Positions 49,395 to 58,312 of a DNA stretch of 64,000 nt are shown piece by piece. Both the position numbers and the translations under genes were made by a program. The stretch lies in IMG/VR virus record IMGVR_UViG_3300050343_000191, positions 1 through 64,000 of that record; one strand, written 5' to 3'. Under the pieces are notes generated by a model, which had not been told where the DNA came from, did no database searches, and saw only the letters and a program-made list of their open reading frames with translations. How positions within the stretch are numbered: position 1 is the first letter of the stretch; every line of letters starts with the position of its first letter.

Positions 49395-49468
49395 CGACTC
49401 GTGTAGGATTTGAACCTACGACCGACTGCTTAGAAGGCAGTTGCTCTATCCAGCTGAGCTAACGAGTC
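49395..49468 (-). tRNA. tRNA-Arg(TCT)
   Basis: GACTCGT/ACGAGTC acceptor, CTTCTAA loop. Confidence 0.93.
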
Positions 49469-49476
49469 AGAAGGGA

Positions 49477-49866
49477 TCACCCCTGCCAATGATAATGGAA
49501 GAAGTTTCCTCTAGAATCGCACATTGGATCTTCTGCTACCACACGATATGGTAGCATTCTTTGACCTTTAAAACTTGTTCGATCACCAATCACAGAGTAT
49601 GCATCAAGAAGATTTTGATTATCTTTTAATCGGTTGACAACACTCTGTTTTGCAGAGGGATTCCAATATAGAAATCCTTCATATTGACCAGGAGCATAAA
49701 CAACGTCTGCTACTGTATTAGGAAAATAAGGAGAACGAACACGATTCAAAATTGAAACAGCAACACAAAACTCATCACGAGTATTGGGTACTGCCTCTAC
49801 CTGAACGGCACGGGCAAGATGATCGTAATCAACGGCACTCAGTGCCAGGATAGTTTCTAAAATCAT
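49477..49866 (-). CDS. SleB/Hydrolase_2-like cell wall hydrolase
   Basis: LARAVQVEA...VAVSILNRV.SP.FPNTVADVVYAPGQYEG. Confidence 0.8.
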   Translation of the reverse strand: MILETILALSAVDYDHLARAVQVEAVPNTRDEFCVAVSILNRVRSPYFPNTVADVVYAPGQYEGFLYWNPSAKQSVVNRLKDNQNLLDAYSVIGDRTSFKGQRMLPYRVVAEDPMCDSRGNFFHYHWQG

Positions 49867-49897
49867 AGTAGTATTTTACAGTACAGTGGAGGAATTG

Positions 49898-50311
49898 TCA
49901 ACGTATTCCAGATTTCCAACCACTAGGACCTTCTTGGAAATTTTCAGAACCGCCTTGGGTTTCTTCTACAGTGGTCCAGTTCTGAGTTGCAATCTCATAC
50001 ATCTTAGCATGGATATCTTCAGATTCGCAAGTTTCTTCAGATTTCGATTTTTGCTCTTCTTGTTTAATTTCAGTTTCCCTTTTCATGTAATCCGCTTGCT
50101 TCTCAGTCGGTGTAGGAGTAGGTCCAAACCAAGGATCATCTTTAAGATATACAGGTGCAGGAATCCCAGTATGTGGAGTAGTATCTTTATTTAATTTTTT
50201 AGATTCTTTATCAGTAGTAAATTCTTCTTTATAAATTCCTGCTTTTTTTTGAAGTATAGACAGTTGTGTCTCTACAGTTTGAGTAAGAAGTTCAGTAAAA
50301 CGTTTAATCAT
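49898..50311 (-). CDS. Hypothetical protein
   Basis: 137 aa charged ORF. Confidence 0.6.
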   Translation of the reverse strand: MIKRFTELLTQTVETQLSILQKKAGIYKEEFTTDKESKKLNKDTTPHTGIPAPVYLKDDPWFGPTPTPTEKQADYMKRETEIKQEEQKSKSEETCESEDIHAKMYEIATQNWTTVEETQGGSENFQEGPSGWKSGIR

Positions 50312-50880
50312 GTGTAGATATTGAATGAAATTGAAATTCGATCCTTTTCACTATTGCTTCCAGTGACATAATGCCACAAGTGTCCTGGAAGTATATACAG
50401 TCTTCCAGTATCTGGTTCGATGATATATTCTAGCATATCAGCACGATTTTCGTAAAGATCACAATACTGAGATCCATCATTTCTTAAGATATGCAAATTC
50501 CCAGATCTATCTGGGACTTGGATATAATATATGCCAATCAAATCTGCACGTCCATGAGAGTGCATTACATTATAGTTATAAGACTTATTAATATTACACC
50601 AGTACTCTATGTTAGAAACTGATAATCCAAGACCTTTCTGATCGAGAAGATCATTAGAAAATTTTTCTACTATATCTCTAAGTTTACTAAACTTAGTTCC
50701 AACAAATGTGGGAGAATGATATCCACCTTCATTGGAAAGATTTTCTGACGGATGTCTATTTTCAATATCATATGCCTCCTCCAATTGTGACATCATATCA
50801 ATCTGAGGGATACAAGAACACACAAAACTTGGAAATATATTCTCATCTATTACATGATCATACATATTGCATTTCAGCAA
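50308..50880 (-). CDS. 2OG-Fe(II) oxygenase-like protein
   Basis: WCNIN...MHSH...GIYYIQVP.SG...LWHYV...RISISFN. Confidence 0.85.
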   Translation of the reverse strand: MLKCNMYDHVIDENIFPSFVCSCIPQIDMMSQLEEAYDIENRHPSENLSNEGGYHSPTFVGTKFSKLRDIVEKFSNDLLDQKGLGLSVSNIEYWCNINKSYNYNVMHSHGRADLIGIYYIQVPDRSGNLHILRNDGSQYCDLYENRADMLEYIIEPDTGRLYILPGHLWHYVTGSNSEKDRISISFNIYT

Positions 50881-51001
50881 AACAATTATATTCAGTATAA
50901 CTATAGCACAAATAATCTAAAAAAAAGTAACTGATGAACATAAATCTCTTATTTAATTTTCATACTTCTAAATACCTACACTTACCTCTTTCGGTTTTAC
51001 T

Positions 51002-51496
51002 ATGAAACGGTTTCTACCTTTCATAATGTTATTGATGACCGCACCAGCAGCGAATGCAGGTGCTCTTACTCATAAGTTATCTTCTAGTGTTCAATTAACC
51101 GTTGATGCAGCTGCTACTAATGTCACAAGACTTGGTAGTAACTTCTCAATTTCAGGCAGCGGTGTAGATACTACTGACGGGACAACAGTTAATACAATTT
51201 CTACTGGTGCAATTACCAGTGGAATTTATGCCCCAGGCACAATTGCTGCTACTCAGGATAATCCTGGTAGTGCTTTCAGTTTCTCTCAGTCTTATACACA
51301 GGCTGATGCAATCCCAACTTCTGCACCTACTGTTGGTGCTGTAGCAAACTTTGGAAATATTACTTCCACTGCTGCTGGTGTTGTTGGTGATCTTGATGGT
51401 GGTATTACAACTGCGGGTGTAATTACTTTGACGGCTGGTGGTTCTGGTACAAATGCTACTGGTCAATTTGTCAGTGAGCTCACGATCCTACACTAA
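51002..51496 (+). CDS. Secreted-type Ser/Thr/Gly-rich protein
   Basis: Signal peptide MKRFLPFIMLLMTAPAANA; TAAATA at 50969-50974. Confidence 0.75.
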   Translation: MKRFLPFIMLLMTAPAANAGALTHKLSSSVQLTVDAAATNVTRLGSNFSISGSGVDTTDGTTVNTISTGAITSGIYAPGTIAATQDNPGSAFSFSQSYTQADAIPTSAPTVGAVANFGNITSTAAGVVGDLDGGITTAGVITLTAGGSGTNATGQFVSELTILH

Positions 51497-51518
51497 ATAA
51501 AAATGGAGGTCAGAAAAC

Positions 51519-51989
51519 ATGACTTCTGGAAAGACAATCATATATATTGTGATGTCTGCGGTGGGAGTATGTCTTATTCCTGCCGCTGCGCTGGCGGTCC
51601 CGGTGGTCCCAAATTTCACCCAGGGCTCAATGACGAGTCACACAGAGACAACATCAAAGGTGACTGAAACGATTAACTCTATAGATTATGCAACAGGATG
51701 GCAGTATTCAGTATCGGGTACAAACGTGACCAACGGGGGGCAATCCCTCAGTCCAAACCCAACAACAAACTCAGTGATCGTGAATCCATTAGGAGGAACA
51801 GAGGGGCAAGTAACAAGTGCCAACTCTGGTCTCGATTTAAATGGACAGAGTTTCACAATCGCAGAACCGGGAGCAGCATTCCAGTTCACTCAGACTTATA
51901 TGGGACCGGGTGTAACGAATCAAACAGTGATTCAAAGAACCACAGAGGTTACCAGCATAACCGATACCACAAGTATCTTTACCCAGTAA
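51519..51989 (+). CDS. Secreted-type Thr-rich protein
   Basis: ...PAAALA then VPVVPNFTQGSMTSHTETT. Confidence 0.75.
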   Translation: MTSGKTIIYIVMSAVGVCLIPAAALAVPVVPNFTQGSMTSHTETTSKVTETINSIDYATGWQYSVSGTNVTNGGQSLSPNPTTNSVIVNPLGGTEGQVTSANSGLDLNGQSFTIAEPGAAFQFTQTYMGPGVTNQTVIQRTTEVTSITDTTSIFTQ

Positions 51990-52975
51990 TTGCTTTACTA
52001 GTATCCTCCCCCGTCAGTGCTGCTGATGTGGGAGGTGTTTCTGCGACTGCAAACCCAATCGCTAATAGTTCAGGCTCAGTTACGAACCAAGCTATTCAGG
52101 TTTTACAGGGACCATACATCACGAATCAATATGGTGGTGGCATTGCTTGTCAAGGACCGACTGCTAATATCACACCATTCATCACTCATGCTCGTAATGA
52201 GAAGGATCCATTTGAGACACACTACATGGAACCTCAATATGATAACAGAGATTTTGAAGGTCAACTAGTAGAAGTTACCAGAAATGTAAAGAACTGGCCT
52301 TGGTCGGATCATTATGATGATAGGACATATACAAACTCTGCAGGTGAGACTGTACGTGCCTATGAAGATGGTGCAGATATGCCCATCACAGTTATGGAAA
52401 TGATGGGAGATGGTGTCCCCGATAATCCAGGATCAGAACTCTGGGAAAAACCAGTAAGAACTGGTGACACTAGAAATTACAGTACCAGTCTTGGTTTATC
52501 TGCAACAATCTCTTTCCCACTTGATGGTGGTCTACAAGAACGTTGTAAGACAGCAGCAGATACTCAGATTGCTTTACAAGGTCAGATGCTTGCTAATAAG
52601 CGCCTCGATTTTGAGATAGCTCGTTTGAAGAATTGTGGCGAACTCATGCAAAGAGGAATAAGTTTCCACCCCAGAAGCCCTTATTTTAAAATATGTGCAG
52701 ACGTGGTAGTTAACAATGTTAATACCGTCAAGCAACATCGTCACTCTATCCCTTCGGTTTCAGTGCCGAACGTAAGATCTTTATCGCCCGGTTCCGATCC
52801 CGTTGCTCCGCCTTCCTCTCAGTCGCAGACAATACAGGGGGCTTCTTACCCCGTAAGGCAGCAATCTTCTTCACAACCTTCTTCGTCACAGGTTTCACCA
52901 CTTTTAACAAAAGATCAGCAAGAGGCTTTGCGAGCAGTGCAGAGGTCGTCGCAACTACAGCAATTGAGGCGGTAA
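51698..52975 (+). CDS. Secreted-type protein; real start unresolved, probably near 51970
   Basis: Protein-like from KYLYPVIALLVSSPVSA|ADVGGVSATANP; upstream part overlaps the previous gene. Confidence 0.7.
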   Translation: MAVFSIGYKRDQRGAIPQSKPNNKLSDRESIRRNRGASNKCQLWSRFKWTEFHNRRTGSSIPVHSDLYGTGCNESNSDSKNHRGYQHNRYHKYLYPVIALLVSSPVSAADVGGVSATANPIANSSGSVTNQAIQVLQGPYITNQYGGGIACQGPTANITPFITHARNEKDPFETHYMEPQYDNRDFEGQLVEVTRNVKNWPWSDHYDDRTYTNSAGETVRAYEDGADMPITVMEMMGDGVPDNPGSELWEKPVRTGDTRNYSTSLGLSATISFPLDGGLQERCKTAADTQIALQGQMLANKRLDFEIARLKNCGELMQRGISFHPRSPYFKICADVVVNNVNTVKQHRHSIPSVSVPNVRSLSPGSDPVAPPSSQSQTIQGASYPVRQQSSSQPSSSQVSPLLTKDQQEALRAVQRSSQLQQLRR

Positions 52976-53555
52976 CAGTTATCATACCTGCTGATGGTAT
53001 GTTCTGTACAATCTGATCAGGTATTGTAAGGTTTTCAAATACAGGGAGACATTCTTTTCCTACTGTCTCATACCCAGTAATCTTTTTATTACCCTCTAGG
53101 ATTTTTCCTACAGGGTTTTTTAATTCTTGTGCTCTACTAGGACACTCTGCTTTTGCAGCATCAGTTCTAGGAGGTGATGGAGTTTCAGGCGTCTCTGGTG
53201 GTTTTGCTTCTGGAGTGTTTGGGACGACTGGAGGTGGAGGAGACTCTGTTGTTATCTTTAACCTACGTGGATCATAATCTATTGGATTGTAACTAGGAGT
53301 TCCTGCATCACAGAATACTTGTACACCATCTCTATCTTCTTCTTTGAGTGTTTGATTCTCACTACTATCTCTATGTGACTCAACACATCCAGGTATATTA
53401 ACAATAGGAACACCCACCTGTGTAGTCACGGGTGGGTAAATTGGTAATGCCTGTGAAGGATTAATCATCCAATCAGGCATTACATTAATATTCAAATCCC
53501 GAATATCACTAATACGAATACTATTATTCGGAATACTAATATTGGGTATATCCAT
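52746..53555 (-). CDS. Pro-rich membrane-anchored hypothetical protein
   Basis: MDIPNISIP...; TM helix near C-terminus; start set at ATG 53555. Confidence 0.7.
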   Translation of the reverse strand: MDIPNISIPNNSIRISDIRDLNINVMPDWMINPSQALPIYPPVTTQVGVPIVNIPGCVESHRDSSENQTLKEEDRDGVQVFCDAGTPSYNPIDYDPRRLKITTESPPPPVVPNTPEAKPPETPETPSPPRTDAAKAECPSRAQELKNPVGKILEGNKKITGYETVGKECLPVFENLTIPDQIVQNIPSAGMITVTASIAVVATTSALLAKPLADLLLKVVKPVTKKVVKKIAALRGKKPPVLSATERKAEQRDRNRAIKILRSALKPKG

Positions 53556-53797
53556 TAGTCTTTCCAACCACCTTTCAATACCCATTCATCGTGGTATTGA
53601 TTTTTCCAAGAACTACTAATTCCATATGAAGGTTGAATAACCTGCTCAATGTATCTCCTATTTTCTTTTGCGAGATTGAGACTCAGAGTTTCTAAACTCT
53701 TTACTCTACCATCAACTTGGGATGCCCACCATACGGCACCAGCACCCTGAACCAAAAGAAAGGATACAATGGCAAATGGAACTTTGAAGTCTTTCAT
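53555..53797 (-). CDS. Small membrane protein
   Basis: 80 aa with N-terminal TM helix. Confidence 0.6.
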   Translation of the reverse strand: MKDFKVPFAIVSFLLVQGAGAVWWASQVDGRVKSLETLSLNLAKENRRYIEQVIQPSYGISSSWKNQYHDEWVLKGGWKD

Positions 53798-53799
53798 TA

Positions 53800-54054
53800 T
53801 TAAAATGGAACTGCGCCACCAGTAGCAGCAGGCATACCCATAGCACCACCAGTAGCATCAGGAAGTTCTGGCATTGCAGAATCCATCATTCCAGGAAGTT
53901 GTCCAGCAATTGCTTCTGCTGCTGCAGATGCAACTTGAGATTTGATATTCTCAACAATAGAATCCTTATTGAGATATAGTGCAGTACCGCCACCGACGAT
54001 ACCTGCAGTTCCAACAAAAGAAAGAACTGCTAAAACATTAATTACTTTTTGCAT
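53800..54054 (-). CDS. Small membrane protein
   Basis: MQKVINVLAVLSFV...PELPDATGG. Confidence 0.65.
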   Translation of the reverse strand: MQKVINVLAVLSFVGTAGIVGGGTALYLNKDSIVENIKSQVASAAAEAIAGQLPGMMDSAMPELPDATGGAMGMPAATGGAVPF

Positions 54055-54079
54055 GATTTTATTATTGTCATTATACTAT

Positions 54080-54286
54080 CTAGTCATCAACAAAGTATTT
54101 GTCTAGAACATCAAGACGTTCTTGTTCCTTTGCGATCATATCAATTTGGTCTTGGATGGCACTCATAATATCTGGATGCTCACCAATACCAACAGGACTT
54201 CTAAAGTAAACCTCAACATTCATCTTGGCTCTTTTGATATTTCCAATAGCACTTGCTTTAAGTGCATCAATCATTTCTCTTCTCAT
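54080..54286 (-). CDS. Hypothetical protein
   Basis: 68 aa, PVGIGEHPDI. Confidence 0.65.
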   Translation of the reverse strand: MRREMIDALKASAIGNIKRAKMNVEVYFRSPVGIGEHPDIMSAIQDQIDMIAKEQERLDVLDKYFVDD

Positions 54287-54378
54287 TTTAATCCTCTGTA
54301 ATGTTACAAGTTAATTCGCAGTTTTCCCCTCCAAATTCAGAGTCTGGGATAAAAGGGGCAGATCCACAGACAGCACTT

Positions 54379-54837
54379 CTACACCAACGTGCCGTGTTCC
54401 CTTCGGATTTCTCTAAGTGCTTCGAGATCCATATCTTTTGTTCCTCCGTCATATGCATGGGCATAACCCTCCTCGATCATTTGTTCGTTGAGGGACAAGT
54501 CGCTGTCCCCAATGTAAAGCCAACCAAGAAGACGCCCATATTTACCGACGCCACCAACAAGTTCAGTCCTAACAGACAACTCATCGTCACCAGCGATAGT
54601 ACTCTCCAGTTTTTCTTTGAGCCAGTTGGTTGCGTCGATTCCAAGTGCCTTCTCCTCTAGGTTTCTCGTCCTTTTCTCTGGTGTATCAACTCCTGCAACT
54701 CTAACTCTTTCTTTCTTGTATAGATCAAACCCCAGATCAATGGTGACATCAATAGTATCGCCGTCAAGAACACGATTAATCTCCGTTACTCTGAAGTTGT
54801 AGCAGGACTTCCTGCTTGGTGGTGTCATCGATCCCAT
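54379..54837 (-). CDS. Thermonuclease (SNase-like) family nuclease
   Basis: RVLDGDTID...RVRVAGVDTPE...GKYGRLLG...LNEQMIEEGYA. Confidence 0.88.
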   Translation of the reverse strand: MGSMTPPSRKSCYNFRVTEINRVLDGDTIDVTIDLGFDLYKKERVRVAGVDTPEKRTRNLEEKALGIDATNWLKEKLESTIAGDDELSVRTELVGGVGKYGRLLGWLYIGDSDLSLNEQMIEEGYAHAYDGGTKDMDLEALREIRREHGTLV

Positions 54838-55063
54838 AATTCATCTCCTTGGCATCTGCTGCCATTACTATTCCTAATAAAATGATTGCTGCTGATATAA
54901 CGGCACCAGCACCCCATACCCACTTTTCCAATTTACGAACTCGCGCACGAAGTTCGTCAACCATATCAGAGTCTCCACCACCTTCAAGTTGCTCAACTCT
55001 GTGTTTCAGGAGTGCTATCTCCTGATCCTGTTGTGCGTCCTTGAGTTCGATCTGGTTCGGCAT
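54776..55063 (-). CDS. Coiled-coil/membrane hypothetical protein
   Basis: Coiled coil followed by TM helix. Confidence 0.55.
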   Translation of the reverse strand: MPNQIELKDAQQDQEIALLKHRVEQLEGGGDSDMVDELRARVRKLEKWVWGAGAVISAAIILLGIVMAADAKEMNYGIDDTTKQEVLLQLQSNGD

Positions 55064-55199
55064 CTTTCAACTCCTCAAATGCTTCCCCTAATATGTATAC
55101 AACATATCCTAATGCTAATCCTACAGCAATGATTACTAATATAATTACTGACCACACAGGATCGTCTGGATTGTCTAGAGGACGTAATAACAAATTCAT
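54993..55199 (-). CDS. Small membrane protein
   Basis: DPVWSVIILVIIAVG. Confidence 0.55.
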   Translation of the reverse strand: MNLLLRPLDNPDDPVWSVIILVIIAVGLALGYVVYILGEAFEELKDAEPDRTQGRTTGSGDSTPETQS

Positions 55200-55272
55200 T
55201 TTTTAACTGGTAAAGTAAGTTCCATTCCTATTGTAAGTAATAGCACAAAGGCAAATACAAATATTCCGCTCA

Positions 55273-55449
55273 TCATAATCTATTTCCACTCTGTGCTGAA
55301 GGAATTAATTGATATGCCATCTTATCTCTCAACTTATTAATATGCTCATCATTATACTGCTTAAAGTTTCCTCTCTTATCAACTTTTTTATAATAGTGTA
55401 GCGCATTGAGGATAATAGTGTAATCCTCCATTGTCAATTCAAATTTCAT
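55273..55449 (-). CDS. Small hypothetical protein, 58 aa
   Basis: MKFELTMEDYTIILNALHYYKK...; TAATG overlap. Confidence 0.55.
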   Translation of the reverse strand: MKFELTMEDYTIILNALHYYKKVDKRGNFKQYNDEHINKLRDKMAYQLIPSAQSGNRL

Positions 55450-56012
55450 TAGCAGTCATTAAGCATAGAACCAACGGTAGATCCAGCAGCAGAACCTATT
55501 CTGCCGCCTAAAAGTGATACCCAACCAGCAGCTAACCATCCAACATATGGAATGCCAATTACAGCAGGAACACCAACTCCAGCAGCAATACTAGTTCCCG
55601 CCATCGCACCTTGTGACCGTGCTCCAGCGTCCGCCACGATACACTCTATTTCTTTTGCAGACTTTCCCTCGCCGTCTACAGCACCTCCTAGATTTCTAGT
55701 GCCATCCATAGTGTATTGATCTCTACGCCACTCACGGCGACTTTCATTACCACCACCAAACAATCCTCTCTTTTCTTTATCTAATGATAAAGATTTTTGT
55801 GACTCAAGAACAGCAGGATCGTTTGCTTTGTATTCTATACTATAACCTTCTTTACCTGCCTCAATCTTATATGAGGAATAATCTCCTTTAGGGAAATTAA
55901 TAACTGGTGCTTCTGGTACTCTTGTGGCATTGATTATATGCCCCAGAACGCCGATGTGTGCTACAGCAACAACACCGCCAACTCCTAACGCAGTCCATTT
56001 AAAGAAGTTCAT
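55449..56012 (-). CDS. Membrane protein with glycine-zipper-like C-terminus
   Basis: GAMAGTSIAAGVG...GGRIGSAAGSTVG. Confidence 0.7.
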   Translation of the reverse strand: MNFFKWTALGVGGVVAVAHIGVLGHIINATRVPEAPVINFPKGDYSSYKIEAGKEGYSIEYKANDPAVLESQKSLSLDKEKRGLFGGGNESRREWRRDQYTMDGTRNLGGAVDGEGKSAKEIECIVADAGARSQGAMAGTSIAAGVGVPAVIGIPYVGWLAAGWVSLLGGRIGSAAGSTVGSMLNDC

Positions 56013-56016
56013 AAGA

Positions 56017-56469
56017 TTACACGGTAGGTTTTACGGGTGGTTCACCATCATTAGTGACAAACTTAATTGGTGCTTGCTCTACACGAATAGTTTGAGCAGG
56101 TGCAGTTTGTGCTGCAGCAGCAATCAATCTTTCCATATCTGCTTTACTGATTCCACCACCACCATTTGCAGAACCATTACCATTGCCACCTTTCTTTGCT
56201 GCCTGAACACCGAAAGTAGCTAAAACTCCGGTGAAGACGCTGGCGATAAAAGTTGGATCTAGTTTTTGCTCTGGAATACCGAGTACAGGTGGTAACTGGA
56301 TGTACGCCAGCGTGAGTATTCCGCCGCTCCAAACAAGGATGCCAAGCCTAACAAAAGTAGAAAGAATATCAAGCTGCTCTTCTTTGTCACTTGCTGCCTC
56401 CTTCATCTTCCCAAGAATACCTTTCTTCTTGGGATCTTCCTTCTTAACTTCTTCAGACATTAACTGCAC
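56017..56469 (-). CDS. Two-TM membrane protein
   Basis: VRLGILVWSG...DPTFIASVFTGVLATFGVQ. Confidence 0.7.
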   Translation of the reverse strand: MQLMSEEVKKEDPKKKGILGKMKEAASDKEEQLDILSTFVRLGILVWSGGILTLAYIQLPPVLGIPEQKLDPTFIASVFTGVLATFGVQAAKKGGNGNGSANGGGGISKADMERLIAAAAQTAPAQTIRVEQAPIKFVTNDGEPPVKPTV

Positions 56470-56484
56470 ACAAGGCAGCTTTAT

Positions 56485-56706
56485 TTATGGTTCAAGTATT
56501 TCTGTAGAAATATTTGTTTGATTTATTTGATTGTATTTTTGGCAAAGAACATCACTTGATTGATGTTCCCATTTGTGATACGCATCCTTTAGAGCCTGTA
56601 GATAATCAGTTCCACCGTAACCTACCATTTCATTGGCAACGATTTTCTTGATTAACACATCTCTTGTTAAATGTGTCATATGTAAATAGTTGTTGTCCAA
56701 TAACAA
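56485..56706 (-). CDS. Hypothetical protein
   Basis: 73 aa ORF. Confidence 0.55.
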   Translation of the reverse strand: MLLDNNYLHMTHLTRDVLIKKIVANEMVGYGGTDYLQALKDAYHKWEHQSSDVLCQKYNQINQTNISTEILEP

Positions 56707-56786
56707 ACTCTTACATTATAAGACTTAAGGGATTAGTTCAAAGAGTTTGCTTTGGGTGATTGTTCCGATTTCCTTATCGGGTGATA

Positions 56787-57464
56787 TTATTTAGTAAGAT
56801 AACCATTTTCAACTAACCACTCACGGGTCTTTGGAGTCGGATCATAATCGGACCACATAGTACCTGCAGCACAAGACTGAAGTGCTCTCATAGTCATGTT
56901 TTCAGTTTTACCTGCCCAGGTTGCTTCCTTCTCCCAAGGAATAGCAGAAGGTTGTAATACATACGCTCTCCGTGCCATCTCTTGCCACATCTCAGGAACA
57001 TCATCCTCATGATGAATAATGGCAATCAGACTGTTATCAATAGTTCCTGCCATACAATCCTGTGCAGCGTGCCATCCTTCGTGACGCATCACACTCATTA
57101 ATACGTGAGGACGCTTCATGAATGTCTTGTTTAGAAAGAAGTTATTGCTTACCGTATGATAAACTCCACGATGTCCAACTGGGAAATATTTTTCATCTGC
57201 TAGAAACACGTTAACTCCGACCTGGTTAAGGGCGACAAGCATAGAGTTGAATTCGCTAGCAACAGAATAAAAATCGTCAGTATTGGGATACTCACTAGAA
57301 ACATCCAAAAGACTGAAGACCTCTTTAACTTCATCCTTACACTCTCTGAGTAACATACACCCCATCGAATGATTGGTATAATATTCGTTATCTTTTAGGG
57401 GGTCTGAAAGGGCAGGTAGGGCAACCGCCACCGCAGCAACCAGTGAGGCAATAATTTTTTTCAT
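56787..57464 (-). CDS. Secreted putative zinc metallopeptidase
   Basis: Signal peptide; MRHEGWHAAQDC (HExxH). Confidence 0.65.
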   Translation of the reverse strand: MKKIIASLVAAVAVALPALSDPLKDNEYYTNHSMGCMLLRECKDEVKEVFSLLDVSSEYPNTDDFYSVASEFNSMLVALNQVGVNVFLADEKYFPVGHRGVYHTVSNNFFLNKTFMKRPHVLMSVMRHEGWHAAQDCMAGTIDNSLIAIIHHEDDVPEMWQEMARRAYVLQPSAIPWEKEATWAGKTENMTMRALQSCAAGTMWSDYDPTPKTREWLVENGYLTK

Positions 57465-57560
57465 AGTTTAAAATACTTGTTATAAAGAGCAGATGCTTCA
57501 AGATGTTTACCGTGATTTGTAAGATATTTAATTCTATCAAGAATTTTTCTCTTAAAGATT

Positions 57561-57779
57561 TTAGATGTTTCCTCCATCTTCATCTCCTATGTATTCTAGT
57601 GAAATTACATCATGATCTGTTTTATTAGGATCTAACCACTCAGCAAATTCTTGATGAATAGAATATGCATCTTCCAGACTCTCATATAATTCAGAACCTG
57701 GATAATTTTCAGACAAATGGTGAATGCGATCTATAGACCAATCATTAATTTTCTTTAGAGTTGATTCTAAAGTTACCAT
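57561..57779 (-). CDS. Hypothetical protein
   Basis: 72 aa acidic ORF. Confidence 0.55.
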   Translation of the reverse strand: MVTLESTLKKINDWSIDRIHHLSENYPGSELYESLEDAYSIHQEFAEWLDPNKTDHDVISLEYIGDEDGGNI

Positions 57780-58191
57780 AGTCTTTTCGCATATAGCGTC
57801 CTAGAATATTACTATTATAATACACTGGCGAACCATCGTCAAGTGCTTCAGATAATACATTGTTAAGAAACAATTGTTTTGTTTCTTCAAAGTTACAAGT
57901 GCCCTTGGTTTTATGTAAACTTAATATTTCTCTACTGAAGATCTCTTTGCCATATTTTTTTACATCATCTTTCAATTCAGGACAAGATCCATAATATTTT
58001 TTCCAATCAGATTCTTGTTTTACTTTTCGTTTTTTACCTGGTGGTGTTCTAAATGACCAAAAATACTTTCTCCCAATGTACTGTCGTTTGTTTGAGAGAT
58101 TGGTAATTTTATAAACAAAACCAAAGTAATCCCCAACATCATCAGTATTAAAAGTTCGTTCCAGGTATATCCAAGGATTTTCATAACTCAT
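57745..58191 (-). CDS. GIY-YIG-family nuclease-like protein
   Basis: GFVYKITN...QYIGRK...YYGSC. Confidence 0.8.
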   Translation of the reverse strand: MSYENPWIYLERTFNTDDVGDYFGFVYKITNLSNKRQYIGRKYFWSFRTPPGKKRKVKQESDWKKYYGSCPELKDDVKKYGKEIFSREILSLHKTKGTCNFEETKQLFLNNVLSEALDDGSPVYYNSNILGRYMRKDYGNFRINSKEN

Positions 58192-58312
58192 GTATAACTC
58201 ATACTATTGTATTATATGAGCTATTATTTATCTTCAAACCTAACAAACCAACTCTACTCATGGATTAGAGTATTGTCAAGCCCTTGATAAATACTCAATA
58301 AAGTCATATAAT

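Noticed and set aside
48890-49468. HDV-like (theta) ribozymes next to tRNAs
   Set aside because: The spacers are very short or coding, and I could not build the nested double-pseudoknot fold.
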